Positions 49,624-59,586 of a stretch of 64,000 nt of DNA are shown here, piece by piece (the stretch's first letter is position 1; each line of letters begins with the position of its first letter). The stretch spans positions 1,472,001 through 1,536,000 of the forward strand of contig OY968762.1 of the NCBI GenBank assembly GCA_963695225.1, written 5' to 3'. This DNA comes from Vulcanimicrobiota bacterium. Lineage in GTDB: Bacteria; Vulcanimicrobiota; Vulcanimicrobiia; Vulcanimicrobiales; Vulcanimicrobiaceae. The notes beneath the pieces are model-generated. The model ran no database searches and was not told where the DNA came from. It saw only the letters and a list, made by a program, of their open reading frames with translations. A program made the translations under genes and the position numbers.

Positions 49624-51162
49624 ATGCCGAATCGTATGCGAGTCCGTCGAGTCTTGATGTCTCTGGCAGCGGCTGCGCTGCTGATCCCATGCGCGGTCGC
49701 GCGCGGGCCGGTCGCAGGTGCGGCCGACTCGACCGTGAGGATATCGCAAGGCGTCGATCCCGTCACGATGGATCCGCTCAAGCGGACGATCACGCCGACG
49801 ACGAACGCGCAACTCAACCAGTTCGATACGCTCCTGCGGCACGACCGCGACGGCCGGCTCATCGGCTGGCTCGCGGAATCGTACAAACACGTCGCGCCGA
49901 CGGTCTGGGAGTTCAAGCTGCGGCACAACGTCAAGTTCTGGAACGGCGATCCGTTGACGAGCGCGGACGTGAAGTTCACGATCGAGAAGATCAAGGATCC
50001 CGCTGAAGTCTCCGAGCAGACGCCGCGCGTCGCCACGATCGACCACGTCGAGGCGCCCGACCCGTACACGGTCCGGTACGTGACGACGAAGCCGACCGCA
50101 ACGATCCCCGGCTTTCCATGGCTGACGGCGATCGTCGATTCGAAGTATTGGAAAGAGCACGGCGACGCGTACCAAGCCGAGCATCCGATGGGGAGCGGCC
50201 CCTACATGTTCAAGTCGTGGACGAAGGACGAGGAGCTCGACCTCGACGCGAATCCGAACTACTGGCACGGGAAGCCCGCGATCGATCACGTGATCTTCAA
50301 GCCGATCCCCGAGGCTGCCGCGCGCGTCGCGGCGCTACGGACCGGCGAGACCGATCTCATCGTCAACGTCCCGACGCAGAACCTCCCGCTGATCGAGAGC
50401 GGCCCGAATACGAAGCTGGAGAGCGCGCGGAGCGCGCGCGTCCTGTTCGTCGCGTTCAACACGACCAAGCCCGGGCCGCAAACGAACAAGCTGGTGCGCC
50501 AAGCCTTCAACTACGCGATCGACGTCCCGGCGATCATCAAGAACGTGCTCGGCGGGCACGGCTATCCGGTCTCGTCGCCGATCCCCGCGGGCTTCTTCGG
50601 ATACGACGCCAAGATCCCGATGTACCATCACGATCTGGCCAAGGCGAAGGCCTTGCTCGCTCAAGCCGGCTTCCCCGACGGCAAGGGCCTCGAGGTCGTG
50701 CTGCAAGCGCCGGTCGGCCGTTACAACAAGGATAAGGAGATCGCCGAGGCGCTCGCGGGGCAGTTGGGCGAGACGGGCGCGAAGGTCACCACGAACATCC
50801 AAGAGTGGACGATCTACGTCAATCAGACGCGCACGCGCGCGCTGACGCCGATGTACGAACTGGGCTGGGGGAACGACAGCTACGACGCGGACAACACGCT
50901 GACGAGCTTGCTGACGACGGACGCGCCGCTCGCGACCTGGGGGACGCCGGAGACGGACAAGCTGATCTCCGACGCGCGCTTCGAGCTCGATGCGACGAAG
51001 CGCGAGGCGCTCTACGCGAAGGCGCTCGGCATCATCCACGAGGAAGCGCCGTGGCTCTTCCTGTTCCAGTACGAAGATCTGTACGCGACGAGCAAACGTC
51101 TGATCTGGCAGGCGCGCGGCGACGAGTTGATCCTCTGCGACGAAATGAAACTCGCCGGTTGA
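49624..51162 (+). CDS. Peptide/nickel ABC substrate-binding protein (family 5)
   Basis: FKLRHNVKFWNG.PLTSADVKFT, GSGPY, ANPNYW, VRQAFNYAID. Confidence 0.92.
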   Translation: MPNRMRVRRVLMSLAAAALLIPCAVARGPVAGAADSTVRISQGVDPVTMDPLKRTITPTTNAQLNQFDTLLRHDRDGRLIGWLAESYKHVAPTVWEFKLRHNVKFWNGDPLTSADVKFTIEKIKDPAEVSEQTPRVATIDHVEAPDPYTVRYVTTKPTATIPGFPWLTAIVDSKYWKEHGDAYQAEHPMGSGPYMFKSWTKDEELDLDANPNYWHGKPAIDHVIFKPIPEAAARVAALRTGETDLIVNVPTQNLPLIESGPNTKLESARSARVLFVAFNTTKPGPQTNKLVRQAFNYAIDVPAIIKNVLGGHGYPVSSPIPAGFFGYDAKIPMYHHDLAKAKALLAQAGFPDGKGLEVVLQAPVGRYNKDKEIAEALAGQLGETGAKVTTNIQEWTIYVNQTRTRALTPMYELGWGNDSYDADNTLTSLLTTDAPLATWGTPETDKLISDARFELDATKREALYAKALGIIHEEAPWLFLFQYEDLYATSKRLIWQARGDELILCDEMKLAG

Positions 51163-51174
51163 CGCCGGGTTGAC

Positions 51175-52092
51175 GTGACGGCCTACCTCGTCCGCCGTCT
51201 CGTCGGTGCTTTGTGGGTCGTCCTCGGCGTCGCGACGGCCGTCTTCATCATCCTGCATCTCACGGGCGATCCGGCGGCGGTCATGATGCCGCTCGAGGCG
51301 ACAGCGGACCAGGTCGCGGCGTTCCGCCACGAGCAAGGCTTCGACCGCCCGCTGATCGTTCAATACGGAACCTTCATGTTGGCGGCGTCGCACGGCGATT
51401 TCGGCAACTCGCTCCGCCACGGGGAGCCGGCCCTCGGGATCGCGCTGCAACGTTTGCCGGCCTCCGGCGAACTTGCGCTCACGGCGCTCGCGTTGGCGCT
51501 GCTGGTCGCGATTCCGGCGGGGATCCTCGCCGCCGTCCGGCGCAATTCGCCGATCGATCTGGCCGCGCGCGTCTTCGCGCTGATCGGGCAGAGCGCGCCC
51601 GTCTACTGGCTCGCCTTGATGCTGATCCTGGTCTTCGGAGTGCAACTCGGCTGGTTCCCGGTCAGCGGAATCGGTGGAATCCGCCATCTCATCTTGCCGG
51701 CGGTCACGCTCGGGCTCTTCTCGATGGCGAAGATCATGCGCTTGACGCGCAGCGCGATGCTGGACATCCTGCGCAGCGACTACCTGCGCACCGCGCAGGC
51801 GAAGGGCGTGCAACCCCTTCGCCTGATCCTGCATCACGCGCTGCGCAACGCCTGGATACCGATCGTCACGGTCGTCGGCATCGAGCTCGGGACGCTGCTC
51901 TCGCAAGCGATCATCACGGAGACCGTCTTCTCCTGGCCCGGCATCGGCCGGCTCGCGGTCCAGGCGATCTACGATCGCGATTTCCCCGTCGTCGAGGTCG
52001 TCGTGCTGATCGCGGCCGTTTCGTTCGTGCTGATCAACCTCGCGGTCGATCTCAGCTACGCGGCGCTCGATCCGCGAATCCGGTACGACTGA
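51175..52092 (+). CDS. Peptide ABC permease (DppB-like)
   Basis: GDPA, GDFGNS, TAQAKG..HALRNA, ETVFSWPGIG. Confidence 0.92.
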   Translation: MTAYLVRRLVGALWVVLGVATAVFIILHLTGDPAAVMMPLEATADQVAAFRHEQGFDRPLIVQYGTFMLAASHGDFGNSLRHGEPALGIALQRLPASGELALTALALALLVAIPAGILAAVRRNSPIDLAARVFALIGQSAPVYWLALMLILVFGVQLGWFPVSGIGGIRHLILPAVTLGLFSMAKIMRLTRSAMLDILRSDYLRTAQAKGVQPLRLILHHALRNAWIPIVTVVGIELGTLLSQAIITETVFSWPGIGRLAVQAIYDRDFPVVEVVVLIAAVSFVLINLAVDLSYAALDPRIRYD

Positions 52093-52991
52093 TGGCCGCC
52101 GCCGTTCTCCCGGGCGAACTCATCGGAAGCGAAGACGCGCCGCAACGGCGCTCCTTCGCGCGCGAGCTGTTTTCGGGGCCCGCGCCGATCGCGGGCGCCG
52201 CGATCGCCGCGACCGTGCTGCTGTGCGCGATCTTCGCGCCGCTGCTCGCCCCGCACGATCCCAACGCGCAGAATCTAGCGCTCGCGCAGAAGCCGCCGAT
52301 CTGGCTCGCCGGCGGCGAACCCGGGCACGTCCTCGGAACCGACGATCTCGGCCGCGACATCCTCTCGCGCATGATCTGGGGAGCGCGCGTCGCACTGATC
52401 GTCGGCTTTTCGGTCGTCGCGATCGGCGGAACGATCGGCGTGACGGTCGGGCTGATCGCCGGATACGTCGGCGGCCTCGCCGACGACGTGATCGCGCGCT
52501 TCGCCGATATCCAACTCGCGTTTCCGCTCGTCTTGCTCGCGATCGCGGTCGTCGGCGTCGTCGGGCCGAGTCTCTGGACGATCATCGGGACCCTCGGCGT
52601 CACGAGCTGGGTGCAGTACGTGCGCGTCGTGCGCGCCGAGACGATGGCGTTGCGGGACCGCGAGTTCGTGCAGGCGGCGGTCGCAACGGGGCTCTCGCGG
52701 ACGCGCATCATGTTGCGCCACATCCTGCCGAACGTCGCATCGTCGATCAGCGTCCTCGCCACGTTTGAAGTCGCGCGCGCGATCATCTTGGAGAGCGCGC
52801 TCTCGTTCCTCGGCTTGGGCGTCCCACAAGCGATCCCGTCGTGGGGCGCGATGCTCGCCGACGGCCGCCAGTTCCTCGACACGTCGTGGTGGCTCGGCCT
52901 CTTCCCGGGCCTCGCGATCTCGCTGACCGTCCTTGGCGTGAACCTGTTCGGCGACGGCCTCCGCGACGCGCTCGATCCCCGCTCGCGCTAG
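52092..52991 (+). CDS. Peptide ABC permease (DppC-like)
   Basis: LGTDDLGRD, EFVQAA, HILPN, LSFLGLG, GDGLRDALDP. Confidence 0.92.
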   Translation: MAAAVLPGELIGSEDAPQRRSFARELFSGPAPIAGAAIAATVLLCAIFAPLLAPHDPNAQNLALAQKPPIWLAGGEPGHVLGTDDLGRDILSRMIWGARVALIVGFSVVAIGGTIGVTVGLIAGYVGGLADDVIARFADIQLAFPLVLLAIAVVGVVGPSLWTIIGTLGVTSWVQYVRVVRAETMALRDREFVQAAVATGLSRTRIMLRHILPNVASSISVLATFEVARAIILESALSFLGLGVPQAIPSWGAMLADGRQFLDTSWWLGLFPGLAISLTVLGVNLFGDGLRDALDPRSR

Positions 52992-53003
52992 CTTTGCCCT
53001 GAT

Positions 53004-53166
53004 GCCCGCGTCCGGGGCTGGGCAGGGTTCCCCCGCGGGGACGCCCGCGATTTCGCATCCATGCGAAATCGCTACTCGTGCACTTGCCCGCTCTCGCCAT
53101 CCGTGGCTTCGCGGGCAAGCTGCACGCCCCGCGGGGGAACCCTGCCCAGCCCCGGACGCTACCTGC
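53004..53166. repeat. ~163-bp palindromic dispersed element, copy 2 (inverted relative to copy 1)
   Basis: Terminal inverted arms 53008-53159; matches 15996-16157. Confidence 0.9.
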
Positions 53167-53217
53167 AGGCGTGCTCTGGCGGGCGCTACCGGCTAGCTTC
53201 AGGTCAGCGCGCTGCGC

Positions 53218-53952
53218 TCAGATGCCGGCGTACCATTCGTAGCCTTGATCTTCCCAATAGCCGCCCTTTCCGCCGCCGACCGGCGCGAACGTGGCGGCGA
53301 GTTCGAGGCGCGCGACCCACTTCGCGCTCTTGTAGCCGAGTTGCGTCGGGACGCGCAGCCGGACGGGCGCGCCGTGCGCGGCGTCGAGCGGCCGGTCGTT
53401 CAGATCGAGCGCGAGGAGCGTCTGCGGGTGCGCCGCCTGCACGAGGTCGAGGCTCTCGTAATATGGATCCCCGTCGGGCGAACGATCGAGGCAGTGGAAG
53501 ATCACGTAGCGCGCCTCGGCCCGCGGCTTCGCGAGCGCCAGCACCGCATGGAGCGGTATCCCGCTCCACTTCCCGATCGCGCTCCAACCCTCGACGCAGT
53601 CGTGCCGCGTGATCTGCGAGAGCGTCCGCATCGCGCGCAGTTGCGCGAGGTCGAGCGCTTGCGGATGCTCGACCGCGCCGTCGACGGCGAGCCGGTAGCG
53701 CGCGAACCCCTCGGCGGCGAGCGCGCGATAGCCGGCATCGCCCGGCGGATCGAATCCGTTCGTGCGGAAATCGCGATCGATGTCTGCCTCGGCGTAGAGT
53801 TTCGCGCGGCCGCGCGTCCCGATCACCGCGTGGTTGAGGCTCTCGGCCGCCGTCAACAGGCCGTGCACCGGACCTTCGTTGAGGGCGTTCGTCGCCTGCG
53901 CGCAACCGGCGAGCGACGCGAGCGACGTCGCGACGAAGAGCTTGCGTTTCAT
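53218..53952 (-). CDS. Molybdopterin-dependent oxidoreductase (MsrP/sulfite oxidase family)
   Basis: RHDCVEGWS, HGAPVRL..QLGYKSAKW, GYWEDQGY. Confidence 0.88.
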   Translation of the reverse strand: MKRKLFVATSLASLAGCAQATNALNEGPVHGLLTAAESLNHAVIGTRGRAKLYAEADIDRDFRTNGFDPPGDAGYRALAAEGFARYRLAVDGAVEHPQALDLAQLRAMRTLSQITRHDCVEGWSAIGKWSGIPLHAVLALAKPRAEARYVIFHCLDRSPDGDPYYESLDLVQAAHPQTLLALDLNDRPLDAAHGAPVRLRVPTQLGYKSAKWVARLELAATFAPVGGGKGGYWEDQGYEWYAGI

Positions 53953-54761
53953 GCCCCGGTCCCTTCGTACTTCCCCGGGCGATAGCGCCCGTCGATCATC
54001 GAACGCAGATTGTTGGCGACACCGGTCGAGGCAACCAAGAACAGGTGGACGCCGAAGAATCCGACGAGCGCGAGCGTGAAGACGAAGTGCCAAAGGCGCG
54101 CGAACTGTCGTCCGCCCATGAGCGTCGTCAGCGGCCCGAACAGCGCATCGACCCCGGGCGAGAGCGCGAGCCCGCTCAGGACGATCGCCGGGGCGAACAC
54201 GAACAACACGAGCGTGTACGCCGCCTTCTGCATGGGATTGTACTTCCCGTGCGGCGGCGGCTCGGGTCGCAGGCGCAGATAGTACAATTGCATCGGGAGC
54301 AGCTTCGGAATGTCCGAAGGCCGCAGCACGAGCAACGCGAGATCCCTGCGCGCGACGCCCGCGACGAAATACGCCGCGCCGGCAACCGTCATCACCCAGG
54401 CGAAGAACAGATGCCAGCGCCGGCCGTCGGCAAGCGATTGGTACCCCGGCAGCGTGATCCAGCCGGGAAAGGCGCGGACCGCTTCGCCGCCCATCCCGTC
54501 GCTCGTGTAGCCCAAGACGTGCGTCGTCGTGAACTCGCGGTCGAAGACGCGCGTGACGCCGACCGGGGTTCCGTCATCGCCGGTGCGCGCGCCGATCGCC
54601 AGAACCCGGCGAGCGGGATCGCTCTTATCGGAGGCGTCGAGTTGCGGCGACGCGTTGAAGATCTGCAGGCCGCTCATCACGAGCACGACGAACGCCAAGG
54701 CGAAAGCCCAATGCGTGAGCCTGGTGACGAGCGAGTGCCGGTAGACCAGGCGCTCCTTCAT
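53949..54761 (-). CDS. Cytochrome b membrane subunit
   Basis: RLTHW, SGLQIFNA, WHLFFAW, KYNPMQK, WHF..HL. Confidence 0.87.
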   Translation of the reverse strand: MKERLVYRHSLVTRLTHWAFALAFVVLVMSGLQIFNASPQLDASDKSDPARRVLAIGARTGDDGTPVGVTRVFDREFTTTHVLGYTSDGMGGEAVRAFPGWITLPGYQSLADGRRWHLFFAWVMTVAGAAYFVAGVARRDLALLVLRPSDIPKLLPMQLYYLRLRPEPPPHGKYNPMQKAAYTLVLFVFAPAIVLSGLALSPGVDALFGPLTTLMGGRQFARLWHFVFTLALVGFFGVHLFLVASTGVANNLRSMIDGRYRPGKYEGTGA

Positions 54762-54832
54762 GGGCGCATCGTACCACGCCGGCCCGATCGCTTCTGTAAG
54801 GGAGCCGACGCATCTGCGCGAAGTGCCACGGA

Positions 54833-55615
54833 ATGGAGACTACGACGGTCAAGGTCCTTCGAGACGGTGCGATCGCGCACGTCGTTCTGGCCCGCCCCGA
54901 GGTGCGTAACGCCTTCAACTCCGAACTGATCGCGACGCTCCATCGCACGTTCGACGCACTCGCCGGGGATGCGAGCGTGCGGACGATCGTCCTTGCCGGC
55001 GAGGGCAGGACGTTCTGCGGCGGAGCGGACATCGGCTGGATGCGCGACTCGCTCGATCTGCCCACCGAGCAGAACGTCGAAGATGCGCGCGCGATGTCGC
55101 GAATGTTGCGGGCGATCGACCGCATCGGCAAACCGACGATCGCGCGCATCCACGGAGCGGCGCTCGGCGGCGGGATTGGGCTCGCTGCGGTCTGCGATAT
55201 TGCGATCGCCGCCGCCGACGCCGTCTTCGGCTTCACGGAGACCAAGCTCGGGATTCTCCCGGCCGTGATCTCGCCGTTCGTCCTCGCGAAGATCGGGAGC
55301 TCGCACGCGCGCGCGCTCGCGCTGACCGGCGAGCGTTTCGACGCGCAGCGCGCGCTTTCGATCGGTCTCGTGCACGAAGTCGTACCCCCGGAGGCGCTCA
55401 CCGCCGCCGTCGGGCGAGTCTGCCGCGAGATCGCGAGCGCCAGCCCGGCGGGAATCGCTGCCGCTAAAGCGCTGTTCGCCGCCGTAGCGGAATCGTCGTA
55501 CGACGAGTCCCTCGAAACGACCGCACGGGCGATCGCGACTCAGCGCACGAGCCCCGAAGGGCAAGAGGGCTTGCGCGCGTTCCTCGAACACCGCCCCGCA
55601 GCGTGGTCGCGTTGA
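54833..55615 (+). CDS. liuC: Methylglutaconyl-CoA hydratase (crotonase family)
   Basis: RNAFN, FCGGADI.WM, GGGIGL, ETKLGI.PAVISP. Confidence 0.85.
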   Translation: METTTVKVLRDGAIAHVVLARPEVRNAFNSELIATLHRTFDALAGDASVRTIVLAGEGRTFCGGADIGWMRDSLDLPTEQNVEDARAMSRMLRAIDRIGKPTIARIHGAALGGGIGLAAVCDIAIAAADAVFGFTETKLGILPAVISPFVLAKIGSSHARALALTGERFDAQRALSIGLVHEVVPPEALTAAVGRVCREIASASPAGIAAAKALFAAVAESSYDESLETTARAIATQRTSPEGQEGLRAFLEHRPAAWSR

Positions 55616-57558
55616 CGGAGCGGCCGATCCGCCGGCTCCTCATCGCGAACCGCGGGGAGATCGCAGTGCGCATCGCGCGCGCGGCGCGCGAAGCGGGGAT
55701 CGCCCCGCTCGGCGTTTATTCGGAGGCGGATCGCACGGCCTATCATCGTACCGCGATGGAGGCGGACGCCTGCATCGGCCCGGCGGAGGCTCGCGCATCC
55801 TATCTGAACGCGGATGCGATCTTGGCGGCGGCGCACGATCTCGGCGCCGATGCGATCCACCCCGGGTACGGGTTCCTTTCCGAACGCGCGCCGTTCGCGC
55901 GCGCGGTTCGCGAGGCGGGATTCATCTTCGTGGGGCCTTCGCCGGAAGCGATCGCCGCGATGGGCGACAAGATCGAGGCGAAACGGCGCGTGCGCGCCCA
56001 CGGCGTGCCGGTCGTTCCCGGTTACGACGGCGACGACCGTTCCCGGGAACGGCTACGCAGCGAAGCCGCCGCGATCGGGATGCCGCTCTTGATCAAGGCG
56101 AGCGCCGGCGGCGGCGGGCGCGGAATGCGCGTCGTCACCGGCCTCGCGCAATTCGACGAAGCGCTCGACGCGGCGCAGCGCGAGGCGCAGGCGGCCTTCG
56201 GCGATGCGACGGTGCTGCTCGAACGGTATCTCGCGCGGCCGCGCCACATCGAGTTCCAGATCCTCGCCGACGCGCACGGCACAACGCTTCACTTCGGCGA
56301 GCGCGAGTGTTCGATCCAGCGCCGCCATCAGAAGGTCATCGAGGAGGCGCCCTCCGTCGCGCTCACGCCGGCCTTGCGTGCGGAGATGGGTGCGGCCGCC
56401 GTGCGCGCCGCGCGCGCCGTCGGGTATACGAATGCGGGGACCGTCGAGTTCTTGCTGGATGACCTGGGCCGTTTCTACTTTCTCGAGATGAACGCGCGCC
56501 TGCAGGTCGAGCATCCCGTCACCGAAGCCGTCTACGGCGTCGATCTCGTGCGTTGGCAATTGCGCATTGCCGCGGGCGAAGCGCTCGACCTCGCGCAGGC
56601 CGATATCGTTCCGCGCGGCTGGGCGATCGAAGCGCGCATCTGCGCGGAGGACCCGGCCACGGGGTACCTCCCCGCGAGCGGAACGCTCGCACGCTGGGAG
56701 CCGCCGAACGGCCCGGGGTTGCGCGTCGATTCGGGCGTCGTCAGCGGCGGCGACGTCTCGATCCACTACGATTCGATGCTCGCGAAGCTGATCGCGTGGG
56801 GCCCCGACCGCCCGAGCGCAATCGCGCGGCTCACGGGAGCGCTCCAGACGTTCGAGATCGCCGGCGTGCCGACGAACGTCCCGCTCGAACTCGCCGTCTT
56901 GCGCGATCCCGCGTTCGCCGCAGGGGAAACGTCGACGGCGTTCCTCGCAGAGCGGCCGGACTTCATGCATCCGCCGCCGCACGAAGAGCCCGAGGCGGCG
57001 CGCCTGCTCGCGATAGCCGCCATCGCGCTCGACCGGCGCGCCTGGCGCGTCGGCAGCATCGGGATCCCGATCGTTCTGCAAGGCGCCGGCGCAGCGTGCG
57101 CGGTGACGCTCTCGCGCAGCGAGGACGGCGTGCATTGGATCGTCGAGGGCGGCCTCACCGCGACGTTCGCGCTCGAGGAGGCGGCGGGGCGGCTCGCGCT
57201 CGATCTCGGCCGGTGCATCGTGCGCGGGCACGCGCGTTTCGAAGGCGGCGAGGCCGTCGTCGATTACGACGGCGCGCGCTACCGCTTCGGCCTCGGAGCG
57301 CCGCCGCAGCTCGGTGCAACGCAAACGCACGCCCCCGCCGGAGCGCCCGGCGCCGTCCTGGCGCCGATGCACGGGAAGATCGTCGCCGTCGTGGTCGAGC
57401 CGGGGGATACGGTCGCCGAGCGAGATCTGCTCGTAGTCCTCGAAGCGATGAAGATGGAGCACCGGATCGAAGCGGTCCATGCCGGGACGGTGAAGACGGT
57501 CGGCGTCGCGCCGGGCGCGATGGTCGCAGCGGGAGCGCTGCTCGTCGACATCGTCTGA
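55603..57558 (+). CDS. liuD: 3-methylcrotonyl-CoA carboxylase, biotin-containing subunit
   Basis: LIANRGEIA, HPGYGFLSE, GGGGRGM, RLQVEHPVTE, EAMKM. Confidence 0.9.
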   Translation: MVALTERPIRRLLIANRGEIAVRIARAAREAGIAPLGVYSEADRTAYHRTAMEADACIGPAEARASYLNADAILAAAHDLGADAIHPGYGFLSERAPFARAVREAGFIFVGPSPEAIAAMGDKIEAKRRVRAHGVPVVPGYDGDDRSRERLRSEAAAIGMPLLIKASAGGGGRGMRVVTGLAQFDEALDAAQREAQAAFGDATVLLERYLARPRHIEFQILADAHGTTLHFGERECSIQRRHQKVIEEAPSVALTPALRAEMGAAAVRAARAVGYTNAGTVEFLLDDLGRFYFLEMNARLQVEHPVTEAVYGVDLVRWQLRIAAGEALDLAQADIVPRGWAIEARICAEDPATGYLPASGTLARWEPPNGPGLRVDSGVVSGGDVSIHYDSMLAKLIAWGPDRPSAIARLTGALQTFEIAGVPTNVPLELAVLRDPAFAAGETSTAFLAERPDFMHPPPHEEPEAARLLAIAAIALDRRAWRVGSIGIPIVLQGAGAACAVTLSRSEDGVHWIVEGGLTATFALEEAAGRLALDLGRCIVRGHARFEGGEAVVDYDGARYRFGLGAPPQLGATQTHAPAGAPGAVLAPMHGKIVAVVVEPGDTVAERDLLVVLEAMKMEHRIEAVHAGTVKTVGVAPGAMVAAGALLVDIV

Positions 57559-57600
57559 GCGCGGGGAACCCTTCGGGGCGCGCGAAGGGTCGATGGGAGC

Positions 57601-58533
57601 ATGGGTACGAGCGTTCTCTCCGGCCTGCCGAAGCGCGTGACGATCTGCGAGGTCGGGCCGCGCGACGGCCTGCAGATCGAGCCCGGTTTCGTTTCGACGG
57701 CCGAGAAGATCCGCTATATCGATTTGCTCGCGCAAAGCGGCTTGAGGCTGATCGAAGCGGCCTCCTTCGTGCATCCCAAGCTCGTCCCCCAGATGGCCGA
57801 CGCGGCCGACGTGCTGGCGGGGATAGCGAAGCCGCCGGGCGTGCGCTTCCTCGTGCTGACGCCGAACGTGCGCGGCTTCGAGCGCGCGCAAGCCGCCGGT
57901 GCCCGCGCGATCGCCGTCTTCACGGCCGCCTCCGAAACGTTCGCGAAGCGCAACATCAACATGACGATCGACGAATCGCTCGCCGTCGCCCGCGACGTCC
58001 TCGCCGCGGCGCGCGAGAACGGCATCTTCACGCGCGCCTCGATCTCGACGAGCTTCGGCTGCCCGTACGAAGGCGCCGTCCCCGTCGCGAACGTCGTGCG
58101 GGTCGCGCGCGCGCTGCTCGAACTCGGTGCCGACGAACTCTCGATCGCTGACACGATCGGCGTCGGGACGCCGAATCAAGTCGTCGACGTGGTCACGGCT
58201 CTGCAGCCGCACGTCCCGCTCGAACGGATCGGGATGCATTTCCACGACACGCGCGGGACGGCGCTAGCGAACGTGCTCGCCGCGCTGCAACTCGGGATCG
58301 CGAGCTTCGATTCGTCGAGCGGCGGACTCGGAGGGTGTCCGTTCGCGCCCGGCGCGACCGGGAACGTCGCGACGGAAGACGTTCTCTATCTGCTCCACGG
58401 CATGGGGATCGATACCGGCGTCGATCTCGAACGCGTCCGCGACGCATCGCGGTACATCGCGGGCGTCCTCGGGCGCCCGCTCGCCTCGCGCGCGTTCGCC
58501 GCGCTCGAAGCCCAGCGCGCGCGGAGCGCTTAA
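57601..58533 (+). CDS. liuE: Hydroxymethylglutaryl-CoA lyase
   Basis: EVGPRDGLQ, FGCPYEG, ADTIG, HFHDTRG, GLGGCPFAPGATGN. Confidence 0.93.
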   Translation: MGTSVLSGLPKRVTICEVGPRDGLQIEPGFVSTAEKIRYIDLLAQSGLRLIEAASFVHPKLVPQMADAADVLAGIAKPPGVRFLVLTPNVRGFERAQAAGARAIAVFTAASETFAKRNINMTIDESLAVARDVLAAARENGIFTRASISTSFGCPYEGAVPVANVVRVARALLELGADELSIADTIGVGTPNQVVDVVTALQPHVPLERIGMHFHDTRGTALANVLAALQLGIASFDSSSGGLGGCPFAPGATGNVATEDVLYLLHGMGIDTGVDLERVRDASRYIAGVLGRPLASRAFAALEAQRARSA

Positions 58534-58546
58534 GTTCCTTTACATC

Positions 58547-59335
58547 TTAGGCGAAGAGCGCCGAGAATTCGGGGATCGTCATCCCGACGTTCGCTCCGCG
58601 CGAGCGCGCGACCACGTTGATGCGCGAGATGCGGCCGGTCTCCCACGTCGAACGCGCCTCGCCGATCCGCGCGCTCTGGGCATCGACCACCGCCGCGGCA
58701 ATGCCTCGCGCCGCGAGCGGCGCGAGGCGCGAGATCCCCGCGTCGTCGATGCCGATTCCGGCATCGTTGAAAACGATCGCGAGCGCCTCGCCGCGGAGCG
58801 CCGATTCCGGGTTTCCGCCGAGCAAGCCGCCGTGCGAGCCCGTAACCACGACGGAATGCGCATCTTCGGGAAGGACGAGCGAGACGGAATCGACGCCGAC
58901 GATCTTCGGCGTCCCCGGCCCGTCGCGGATCGAGAAGCGCGCCTCCTCGTACGGCCGAAGCTCGAGTTCCGGCGCCGGCAGGCTCATCATCAATTCCGCG
59001 CATTCGCGCGCCGTCTGGCCGGGCGCGCAGCCCAGCGTCCCCGCAACCGCGTTGACGAAACTGATTCGGCCGCGGGCCAGCATGTCGCGCCCGTCGCCGA
59101 TGCGCGCGGTCCGATAGTCGACCGTCGCCGCCGCAGTCGAAAACGCATCGAGATAGGCGATCCCCGCAGTCCCCGCGTGATCGAGCCCGACGCCGGCATC
59201 GTTGAGGATCACGCCGCGTACGCCGGCGCGGGCCGCGAGATACGCGGCATAGACGCCGCCGTGCGACCCGGCGACGAGGACCGTTCCCCGGCATTCGGGG
59301 CCGAGCTTCGTGACGGTGTCGACGACGTGCATCAT
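58547..59335 (-). CDS. Hypothetical protein with internal two-fold repeat
   Basis: GSHGG / NDAG.G.D.AG / ARIG each occur twice. Confidence 0.8.
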   Translation of the reverse strand: MMHVVDTVTKLGPECRGTVLVAGSHGGVYAAYLAARAGVRGVILNDAGVGLDHAGTAGIAYLDAFSTAAATVDYRTARIGDGRDMLARGRISFVNAVAGTLGCAPGQTARECAELMMSLPAPELELRPYEEARFSIRDGPGTPKIVGVDSVSLVLPEDAHSVVVTGSHGGLLGGNPESALRGEALAIVFNDAGIGIDDAGISRLAPLAARGIAAAVVDAQSARIGEARSTWETGRISRINVVARSRGANVGMTIPEFSALFA

Positions 59336-59586
59336 TTCAGCACCGGCCGATCCCCGCGCTCGTGCGCCGGATAGCTAGCCACGATCTTCACGTCCCCCGA
59401 GGCGGCGTCGTTCACGACGAAAAGCGCAGATGCGAACCGGCCTTTCGAGTTCGCCGAGCGCGATGCTCCACCCGCTCCGCCGCGCTCGAGACGGCTCCGG
59501 CCGGTCACGCCCTCGCCTGGGCGCTCGAGATTTGGGGTATTCGGGTCTCACGAACTCCACGCAGCAAATCATTGAGGGAGGCGCCG

